The translations under genes were made by a program, and so were the position numbers. A model generated the notes under the pieces. That model ran no database searches. It saw only the letters and a program-made list of their open reading frames with translations, and was not told the origin of the DNA. DNA of 32,000 bases, from NCBI GenBank assembly GCA_028698185.1, contig JAQVDW010000012.1, forward strand, positions 14,667 to 46,666. Reading direction: 5' to 3'. The DNA is from Erysipelotrichaceae bacterium (GTDB taxonomy: Bacteria > Bacillota_I > Bacilli_A > Erysipelotrichales > Coprobacillaceae). Below, one piece after another: positions 1 through 6,201 of the stretch (positions are counted from its first letter, which is position 1; each line of letters opens with the position of its first letter).

Positions 1-848
1 TAAGGGCGGACCCGATGGGCGGTCAGCTTATGAACCAACTTTTTCATGATCTTCGAGCAGTCATTGACATTCGCGAGCAAGACGCTCTGGTTGCCTAGTG
101 GGATGCCCGCTTCTGCAAGCTTGTCAAGGGCAACAATCGCTTCTGGCGATATCTCTTTGGGGTGGTTGAAGTGGGTGTTGATCCACAGGTTCTTGTGTTT
201 TTTCAATATGGCAACCAGACTGTCAGTAATCCTGAAAGGCAGCACGACCGGCGTCCGGGTTCCGATGCGGATCACTTCGACGTGCTCGATTTCGCTGATT
301 TTTTCCAGCAACAATTTTATAGTCTCGTCCTCAAGCAGGAAGGGGTCGCCCCCTGAAAGCAGCACATCGCGGATTTCGGGATGGTTGGCGATGTATTCGA
401 TTCCGGCCTGGTAATGTTCGATGGTCGGGTTGAAATCGGTGTCGCCAACCTTCCGTTTCCGGGTGCAGTGACGGCAGTACATGGCGCACACGTTGGAAAC
501 ATGGAACAGGACCCTATCAGGGTAGCGGTGGGTGATCCCGGTCACCGGGCTGTCACCGTCCTCATTAAGAGGGTCCAAGATGTCGCAGCTCGAGACATCG
601 AGCTCCTTGGGACTGGGGAATGCCTGCTGGAAGACCGGGTCGTTCTGGTAGTCGCCCGCGTCCACCAGGGACAGATAATATGGGGTTATCGACAAAGGAA
701 ATGTCGCTATTGTTTTCTCTAGTTGGCCACGCAATTCAGGCTCGAAACGGATTTCGAGGATCTTCTCGACCTGTTCAATCGAGTTGATCCGGTTTTGCAG
801 TTGCCATCTGTAGTCATGCCATTTTTCATTGTTTTTCTTGATATTCAT
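1..848 (-). CDS. kamA: KamA-family radical SAM aminomutase (lysine 2,3-aminomutase-like), N-terminal ~282 codons; C-terminus lies beyond the left window edge
   Basis: Absent from the ORF track (no stop inside the window). My minus-strand translation from ATG (complement of 846-848): MNIKKNNEKWHDYRWQLQNRINSIEQVEKIL..FPLSITPYYLSLVD..SPVTGITHRYPDRVLFHVSNVCAMYCRHCTRKRKVGD..VLLSGGDPFLL..IRIGTRTPVVLP..NTHFNHP..GNQSVLLANVND..KLTAHRVRP(edge). CxxxCxxC radical-SAM motif in the KamA-typical context. AAGGAGGA SD 5 nt upstream. Confidence 0.88.
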   Translation of the reverse strand, partial: MNIKKNNEKWHDYRWQLQNRINSIEQVEKILEIRFEPELRGQLEKTIATFPLSITPYYLSLVDAGDYQNDPVFQQAFPSPKELDVSSCDILDPLNEDGDSPVTGITHRYPDRVLFHVSNVCAMYCRHCTRKRKVGDTDFNPTIEHYQAGIEYIANHPEIRDVLLSGGDPFLLEDETIKLLLEKISEIEHVEVIRIGTRTPVVLPFRITDSLVAILKKHKNLWINTHFNHPKEISPEAIVALDKLAEAGIPLGNQSVLLANVNDCSKIMKKLVHKLTAHRVRP

Positions 849-1148
849 TCATATCCTCCTTGTGTAATTTGTGTTAGACCCTTAAAAATAAAAAAGTACC
901 CCAACTCAAATAGAGTTAGAGTACTTAAACTTCGCTTGCGCTCGAATCATACCACCAAAGTAGTATGGGTCATGATGAATCATCCTAACCAAGTCCCAGT
1001 TCTAAAATTCTGATTTTTCACAGCCAATTTCTTTATTATGCGGCAGACTTATCAATACCGATAGTTATACCTGTATCAACTCATAAGCCAAATACTCAAG
1101 GTGCTACTTTACCATTAATCATAAAAAGTTTCCGGTGAAACCATACTG
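849..1148 (-). promoter_or_regulatory. ~290-nt structured 5' leader of kamA ending in an intrinsic terminator (candidate riboswitch/attenuator, class unresolved)
   Basis: Lies between a good sigma-A-type promoter (1149-1177) and the kamA SD. 7-bp long-range complementarity (plus-strand CCATACT 1141-1147 / AGTATGG 962-968) encloses ~170 nt like a P1 helix. The terminator at 884-924 sits ~24 nt before the SD. Confidence 0.5.
884..924 (-). terminator. Rho-independent terminator inside the kamA leader
   Basis: On the minus strand: GTACTCTAACTC-TATTT-GAGTTGGGGTAC (12 bp including two G-U pairs; extendable by AA/TT), followed by TTTTTTATTTTT. Confidence 0.8.
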
Positions 1149-1177
1149 AATATAACAAATAAATCCGGCTTTGTCAA
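1149..1177 (-). promoter_or_regulatory. promoter of the kamA leader
   Basis: Minus strand TTGACA (1177-1172), 17-nt spacer ending in TGt, TATATT (1154-1149). Confidence 0.6.
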
Positions 1178-1252
1178 ATCGGCATCACGACAACCGGGAA
1201 ATCCCCCTGGACAGCAAAATGTTAGATGCGTCTAATTTTTTTATGGTTTTGG

Positions 1253-1282
1253 TTGACAGGTTTGGGTGTTTTTTGGTATTAT
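1253..1282 (+). promoter_or_regulatory. feoA promoter
   Basis: TTGACA (1253-1258), 18-nt spacer, TGg-TATTAT extended -10 (1274-1282). Confidence 0.6.
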
Positions 1283-1287
1283 CTATT

Positions 1288-1302
1288 TGATAATGAATCT
1301 CA
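1288..1302. promoter_or_regulatory. Fur box (imperfect) just downstream of the feoA -10
   Basis: TGATAATGAATCTCA versus the 7-1-7 consensus TGATAATnATTATCA. 12 of the 14 specified consensus positions match. Confidence 0.6.
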
Positions 1303-1341
1303 ATTAGACAATCACGCTATACGCGCCAGGAGGAAACACTT

Positions 1342-1653
1342 ATGGAAAATTCATTCAAATTCACCGGCCTGTTCAAAAGACGGCGTCGTCATCATTGCAA
1401 TCACGGCAGAAAAAATAACTGTGGCCACGGGCGGGGGAATTCATTGATTCATGCGGAATTGAACCAGGAATATACCATTAAGAAGATACGTGCTGACAAT
1501 GACAAGATCGGGAATTTTCTTTTTTCGCTGGGATGCTTTCCCGGAAGTAAAGTTACTGTTGTTTCAAAAATTGCGAACCAGTATGTTATAGTCATCAAGA
1601 ATGCCCGTTACAGCATCGACAAAGAGCTGGCCTGGTGTATCGTAGTCGACTAG
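1342..1653 (+). CDS. feoA: FeoA ferrous-iron transport protein with a ~40-aa basic Cys/His-rich N-terminal extension
   Basis: C-terminal 60 aa (EYTIKKIRADNDKIGNFLFSLGCFPGSKVTVVSKIANQYVIVIKNARYSIDKELAWCIVV) looks like a FeoA SH3-like domain. AGGAGGA SD 7 nt upstream. Immediately upstream of feoB. Confidence 0.85.
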   Translation: MENSFKFTGLFKRRRRHHCNHGRKNNCGHGRGNSLIHAELNQEYTIKKIRADNDKIGNFLFSLGCFPGSKVTVVSKIANQYVIVIKNARYSIDKELAWCIVVD

Positions 1654-1682
1654 AATGGTGGGTTATTTTTTTAATTAGTTAA

Positions 1683-1697
1683 TGATAATGATTATCA
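1683..1697. promoter_or_regulatory. Fur box, perfect 7-1-7 palindrome, in the feoA-feoB spacer
   Basis: TGATAATGATTATCA, an exact inverted repeat matching the classical Fur consensus. Confidence 0.8.
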
Positions 1698-1725
1698 TTT
1701 GGATAAGATATTGGAGGAGATAGAT

Positions 1726-3720
1726 ATGAAAATAGCATTAGCAGGTAATCCTAACAGCGGCAAGACGACGTTGTTCAATGCGATTACCGGAAAAATCGAG
1801 AAGGTCGGAAACTGGGCGGGGGTGACTATTGCCAAAAAAGAGGCATCCCTGAAAAAATCGCTGAACCGGTATTCCCAAGAAATCACGGTGGTCGACTTGC
1901 CTGGGGCATATTCGATGTCGCCCTACACATCGGAAGAGAGCATCACCCGGGAGTTCGTGGCGAACGCCAATCCGGATGTCATCGTCAACATTGTCGATGC
2001 GACCAATCTTGGGCGCAGTCTGTTTTTCACCACCCAGCTTATCGAGCTGGGAATTCCGGTGGTGATTGCTTTGAACAAATCCGATTTGGCCAAAAAGAGA
2101 AAACTGCGAATCGACCAGGAGCTGCTTGCCGGAGAATTGAACTGTCCGGTTGTGGCCATTTCAGCCCAGAACGGACTGGGGCTGGAAGGACTCGTGGACC
2201 GGGTCATCCAGGCAGTCGGGGCAAAACAGCTTTCGGCTTTTAGTCAGGGTGAAATTTCCGGAATCGGCGAAGCGAAAATCCGGGATCTCGATGAAAAACG
2301 TTATCGATATGTCGATGAAATCGTGGCCAAGGTGGAATTGCGCGATATAAAAGGCGATACGACAAACATCCAGGACAGACTGGATCGTATCCTGGCAAAC
2401 AAATGGCTGGGCATCCCGATATTCGCCTTGATAATCTGGCTGGTGTTTTCGATTTCACAAACATATGTGGGAACATATCTAGCCGACATTCTGGTGGGCT
2501 GGATCGACCGTTTCTACAGCGTTGTCGCCGGGCTGATGGGGGCCAACGTTTCGCCAATCCTGGCAACCTTGCTCCTTGACGGGATCATCGGCGGCCTTGG
2601 TGCCGTGGTTGGCTTCCTGCCTTTGATAATGGTGTTGTTTTTCCTTCTTGCGCTTCTCGAGGACAGCGGCTACATGGCCCGGGTTGCGATGATCATGGAC
2701 CGGTTTTTCAAATGGGTCGGCCTTTCGGGAAAATCGATCATTCCGATGATTGTCGGGACCGGGTGCGCCATTCCGGGAATAATGGCGACCCGGACCATCC
2801 AGGATGACCGGCAGCGGCGGACGACCGCAATGTTGACACCATTCATGCCATGTGGGGCCAAGCTGCCTGTGATTGCCCTGTTTGCAGGGGTATTTTTCGA
2901 AGACGCATCATGGGTCAGCGCATCGATGTATTTCCTGGGAATCACCATCATCATCCTGAGCGCCCTGATCATCCGCAAGATTACCGGGGATGAAAAAGTC
3001 AACGACTATTTCATAATGGAATTGCCCGAGTACCGGATTCCAAGCGTCAAACGGGCGGCGCAATCTATGCTCAACCAGGCCAAAGCCTTCATCGTCAAGG
3101 CATCGACGATAATCCTTTTGTGCAACGCGGCAATCCAGGTCATGTCGACTTTCACCTGGCAGTTAGAGGTAGTAAGCCAAGGTAACGAGGCATCGAGCAT
3201 CCTGGCCAGTGTGGCTGCGCCGTTTGCTCTAATCCTGATTCCCTTGGGATTCGGGGTTTGGCAGCTGGCCGCGGCGGCTATCACGGGCTTCATTGCCAAG
3301 GAGAATGTCGTCGGGACCCTGGCGGTTGTCTTTTCAATCACCAACTTCATCAATGTCGATGAACTCGCATTGGTTGGCGGGGCCGGGAATATTGCCGGGG
3401 TGATGGGACTGACAAGCGCCTCAGCTCTGGCTTATCTGGCTTTCAATCTTTTCACGCCCCCTTGTTTTGCGGCCATCGGGGCCATGAATGCCGAACTGGG
3501 TTCCAAAAAATGGCTCTTTGGGGCAATCGCCTTCCAGCTGGCGATGGGATACGTTGTCGCTTTTGTAATCTATCAGGCAGGCACATTGCTCCAAACCGGT
3601 TCGACCGGCCAAGGGTTCCTGTGGGGACTTGTAGCCGTTGGGGCGATCGTTGCCACAATAGCATACCTGATGTTCAAAAGACCGAATGAACCAATTCGTT
3701 CAAAATTCCAACAGGGATAG
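1726..3720 (+). CDS. feoB: FeoB ferrous-iron transporter (N-terminal GTPase plus polytopic membrane domain)
   Basis: MKIALAGNPNSGKTTLFNAITG (G1), DLPG (G3), NKSD (G4), then a long hydrophobic gate-motif region. ATG 1726 is preferred over the track's TTG 1699 because GGAGGAGA lies 5 nt upstream and the TTG sits next to the Fur box. Confidence 0.95.
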   Translation: MKIALAGNPNSGKTTLFNAITGKIEKVGNWAGVTIAKKEASLKKSLNRYSQEITVVDLPGAYSMSPYTSEESITREFVANANPDVIVNIVDATNLGRSLFFTTQLIELGIPVVIALNKSDLAKKRKLRIDQELLAGELNCPVVAISAQNGLGLEGLVDRVIQAVGAKQLSAFSQGEISGIGEAKIRDLDEKRYRYVDEIVAKVELRDIKGDTTNIQDRLDRILANKWLGIPIFALIIWLVFSISQTYVGTYLADILVGWIDRFYSVVAGLMGANVSPILATLLLDGIIGGLGAVVGFLPLIMVLFFLLALLEDSGYMARVAMIMDRFFKWVGLSGKSIIPMIVGTGCAIPGIMATRTIQDDRQRRTTAMLTPFMPCGAKLPVIALFAGVFFEDASWVSASMYFLGITIIILSALIIRKITGDEKVNDYFIMELPEYRIPSVKRAAQSMLNQAKAFIVKASTIILLCNAAIQVMSTFTWQLEVVSQGNEASSILASVAAPFALILIPLGFGVWQLAAAAITGFIAKENVVGTLAVVFSITNFINVDELALVGGAGNIAGVMGLTSASALAYLAFNLFTPPCFAAIGAMNAELGSKKWLFGAIAFQLAMGYVVAFVIYQAGTLLQTGSTGQGFLWGLVAVGAIVATIAYLMFKRPNEPIRSKFQQG

Positions 3721-3731
3721 AGGTTATTTTA

Positions 3732-3872
3732 ATGGAGAACTACATCATCCTTGCCGTAATCATAACAGTAATCGGCACAGTGACATTCAAGATCATCAAC
3801 GACAAGCGCCACAACCGCAGTTGCATCAGCTGCTGTGGCTGTTCATCGAAAAATAAAAGCTCCAAAATATAG
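3732..3872 (+). CDS. FeoB-associated Cys-rich small membrane protein (46 aa; below the ORF-track size cut-off)
   Basis: My translation: MENYIILAVIITVIGTVTFKIINDKRHNRSCISCCGCSSKNKSSKI. One N-terminal TM helix plus a C-terminal CxxCCxC cluster. Starts 11 nt after the feoB stop, the typical position and architecture of this small family. Confidence 0.7.
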   Translation: MENYIILAVIITVIGTVTFKIINDKRHNRSCISCCGCSSKNKSSKI

Positions 3873-3891
3873 AAGCGTGGAGATGTTCGTG

Positions 3892-3917
3892 AAAAAAGAC
3901 CCGAAGGTCTTTTTTTC
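3892..3917. terminator. bidirectional terminator shared by the feo operon and the convergent 168-aa gene
   Basis: AAAAAAGACC-CGAA-GGTCTTTTTTT. Confidence 0.75.
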
Positions 3918-4422
3918 ATATCTTGCGACTGTCATAGGCCCAGTGGAGCAGTGCCTGACGTTGCTTTTTCCGGCAATCCAGATCCAGGGCGACACAGTTT
4001 TTTTTGATGGCGCCCACATGGCGTCTTATTGCCAGCCACCTTCTGATCTGGCGCCGGTCTTCTTCTGGAAGGCGGCGTCCCATGTAATAGCGGCAGTACC
4101 ACTGGAACCAGCCTCTGGGATCGTTGGGGTTGATCCACCCCTTATCCTGCCAGTGTTTCAAAGGCAAAGAGGCATCCACCTGGAAAAAGTTCAGGCTGAT
4201 GTCTTTTTTTCCTGTCGCCAGTTTGGCATTCACAAACCATTGCGCGGGAAACTCATTTTTGCAATCGGTCATGTACTTGCCGCCAAAAACTCCGAGTTCG
4301 AGCATCTGTGCCGGTGTGAGTTCCGGCTGGAAATCAGGATGGAAATTCTCGCCAACGGGCTCGGTAAGGTAGTATACATAATTGTGCTGAATCAGATCAT
4401 TGACGATAACTTTCTTGTTCAT
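3916..4422 (-). CDS. conserved hypothetical cytoplasmic protein (168 aa), DPRGWFQWYCRYYMGRR motif
   Basis: ORF-track frame 3916..4488. Start moved to MNKKVIVNDL (complement of 4420-4422) because GGAGG lies 5 nt upstream. The motif string ELTPAQMLELGVFGGKY..DPRGWFQWYCRYYMGRR..RQIRRW looks like a conserved family I cannot name. Confidence 0.6.
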   Translation of the reverse strand: MNKKVIVNDLIQHNYVYYLTEPVGENFHPDFQPELTPAQMLELGVFGGKYMTDCKNEFPAQWFVNAKLATGKKDISLNFFQVDASLPLKHWQDKGWINPNDPRGWFQWYCRYYMGRRLPEEDRRQIRRWLAIRRHVGAIKKNCVALDLDCRKKQRQALLHWAYDSRKI

Positions 4423-4581
4423 GGGGCCTCCGGAAAACCAAAGATACAATGTTTTGAAATTTGTAATCTTATTATAACATACAATCAATATTTGTGTGTT
4501 ATAATATGTTTAAGAAAAGGCGGGTTCATCACTTGATGTTCAAGTGGACCTTCCAACGATAAAATATAGAGGAGGTTACAT

Positions 4582-5385
4582 ATGAAAGTATCGAAAAATA
4601 TCCGGTTCAGTTCGCTGGGTGCCCTTGTTTGTTTTCTGACGATGGTCCTGGTAAATTTCCTGGCCAATGCCTTGCCCTTGAATGGTTTGACAACCGGGGC
4701 AGTATCCGATTCCTACGGCAATCTGTTCGCTCCCACCGGTCTGACCTTTGCCATCTGGGGTGTTATCTATCTGCTTTTGGCCGGTTACACCATCTACCAG
4801 CTAAAAGCCGGCCGGGATTACCTGCTTGGCAATCTAATCACCAATCTGAACAACTATTACATCGTTTCATCGATTGCCAACACCATCTGGATATTCGCCT
4901 GGCATTACAAGATCATCTGGCTGACCTTGCTCTTGATGGCAGTGCTTTTGATCAGCCTGATCCGGATCGCACTGCTTCTCAAGGATGAGCATTTTGACAT
5001 GAAGAACAACATCCTGATTCGGATTCCGTTTTTTGTCTATTTTGGGTGGATAACCGTGGCTACGATTGCCAATGTGACAGTATTCCTTGTTTCTTTGGGA
5101 TACCAGGGTTACCCGTTGGCTCCTGATATGATGACTTCGATTATTCTGGTTGTAGGGGCGGTCATCGGCTTTATCGCGACCTTGGCTTATCGAAGCGTTT
5201 TCTATAACCTGGTCCTGGTATGGGCCTATATCGGTATACTCATCAGGCATCTTGGCAGTTCGGGATTTGCGGGCCAATATCCGATTGTCCTGGGAAGTCT
5301 GGCGCTGTCTTTTGTCATTATTCTTGTTGCGCTGGCCTTAGCTTTTCGGGATATGGCTTCTAGAAAATCATCGAGATATCAGTGA
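4582..5385 (+). CDS. polytopic membrane protein, TspO/MBR-related (tryptophan-rich sensory protein-like)
   Basis: AGAGGAGG SD. About 8 hydrophobic helices. N-terminal LANALPLNGLTTGAVSDSYGNLFAPTGLTFAIWGVIYLLLAGY resembles Firmicute proteins annotated as TspO/MBR family. Confidence 0.5.
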   Translation: MKVSKNIRFSSLGALVCFLTMVLVNFLANALPLNGLTTGAVSDSYGNLFAPTGLTFAIWGVIYLLLAGYTIYQLKAGRDYLLGNLITNLNNYYIVSSIANTIWIFAWHYKIIWLTLLLMAVLLISLIRIALLLKDEHFDMKNNILIRIPFFVYFGWITVATIANVTVFLVSLGYQGYPLAPDMMTSIILVVGAVIGFIATLAYRSVFYNLVLVWAYIGILIRHLGSSGFAGQYPIVLGSLALSFVIILVALALAFRDMASRKSSRYQ

Positions 5386-6068
5386 AGGCAAGATTCCTGG
5401 TAGCGGCTTTGCAGGACGATGATGCCAATTACCGGAGGCTGCTTGAAGCAGCCAATGATTCATATGATATCAAGTATTTCAATGACGTCGACGAGCTAAG
5501 ACAAATCATGAAAAGCGACAATAAGGACAGACAAATCAAGGCAATCTTTTTGCCCCGGCCCTGGCAAGATCGAGATGATGGGTGCCGTGAATCATTTCTT
5601 GTCTACATCATCGCCAAAGACCGGTCAATTGACTTTATCAATGCAGGGATTATGGCGCTTGAACGATTTGACAAGGTGACCAGTTTCCAGGATTTGACCT
5701 CATTTCAACAGGACAACAAATATCTTCTGATGCTGTTCAATCAGGCAAACCAGAAAAAGCTGGGCCGGCTGAGTGCCACCAATGATGGCGAACTGGCAAA
5801 CAAGCTGCTTTTGTACCGGACCATATTGGTTAAAAGCCTGTCGGCCATCCCTTCTGGAGGCCAAGCCAACAACGTCTTGCTTCACATCTTCGGCTATTTC
5901 AAGAACAGTCTGAACCGGGCGCAAAAGCATGATTTTCTGGATATTCTAGACAAGTACCATGCCGGAGCTGTACCATTGAATGTCCCTATGGGGCTGTTGT
6001 ATGGATTCGCCATTGCTTTTAATCATGATTATCTGGTAAAACAGACGATTTTCGAATACTTCAGGTAA
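5382..6068 (+). CDS. DUF1722 (YbgA-like) domain protein with an unassigned ~95-aa N-terminal region
   Basis: C-terminal ..NVLLHIFGYFKNSLNRAQKHDFLDILDKYHAGAVPLNVPMGLLYGFAIAFNHDYLVKQTIFEYF matches the YbgA/DUF1722 pattern (H..GYFK..L...EK..F...I..Y..G..PL..P). GTG start overlaps the upstream stop (GTGA). The start is uncertain because no clear SD is present. Confidence 0.6.
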   Translation: MKARFLVAALQDDDANYRRLLEAANDSYDIKYFNDVDELRQIMKSDNKDRQIKAIFLPRPWQDRDDGCRESFLVYIIAKDRSIDFINAGIMALERFDKVTSFQDLTSFQQDNKYLLMLFNQANQKKLGRLSATNDGELANKLLLYRTILVKSLSAIPSGGQANNVLLHIFGYFKNSLNRAQKHDFLDILDKYHAGAVPLNVPMGLLYGFAIAFNHDYLVKQTIFEYFR

Positions 6069-6087
6069 TTTTTCAGGAAAGGGACCT

Positions 6088-6174
6088 ATGTTAAGCAATC
6101 TGTTCAAGGCAATCATATACATACTGCTTATGCCATTCATCGTGATTGTGTTGCTGGTACGTGAAAAGAAGTGA
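6088..6174 (+). CDS. possible 28-aa hydrophobic micro-protein
   Basis: ATG 6088 preceded by GGAAAGGG. Translation MLSNLFKAIIYILLMPFIVIVLLVREKK, one TM-like helix. Stops at the base of the terminator. No homology evidence. Confidence 0.25.
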   Translation: MLSNLFKAIIYILLMPFIVIVLLVREKK

Positions 6175-6199
6175 AAAGCCCCGGAAACCCGGGGCTTTT
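6174..6199. terminator. bidirectional terminator
   Basis: AAAAGCCCCGG-AAAC-CCGGGGCTTTT. Confidence 0.85.
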
Positions 6200-6201
6200 C
6201 A

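Noticed and set aside
46-1013. Plus-strand track ORFs 46..414, 162..356, 381..722 and 723..1013.
   Set aside because: They are shadow frames of the minus-strand kamA gene and its leader. The minus frame gives an unmistakable KamA/radical-SAM sequence with a strong SD. The plus-strand products are low-complexity and have no SD.
849-1148. T-box riboswitch assignment for the kamA leader, prompted by TTTGGTGGTATGATTCGAG just before the terminator.
   Set aside because: GGTGGTA is only a partial match to the T-box core (GGUGGUACCGCG). I could not find a Stem I with a specifier loop, an AGAGA box or distal-loop motifs. I kept it as a leader of unresolved class instead.
1226-1447. Track ORF 1226..1447 (+).
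   Set aside because: It starts inside the feoA promoter/Fur-box region and is out of frame with feoA. It has no SD, and feoA explains the coding signal.
1699-1725. TTG-initiated 9-codon N-terminal extension of FeoB in the track.
   Set aside because: It begins 2 nt after the Fur box and has no SD. ATG 1726 has GGAGGAGA upstream and yields the canonical MKIALAGNPNSGKT start.
3835-4536. 233-aa plus-strand ORF covering the whole 3916-4488 region.
   Set aside because: It is antisense to the minus-strand gene, which has an SD and a conserved-looking motif. It would start inside the small Cys-rich ORF and read through the bidirectional terminator, and its composition looks like a shadow frame.
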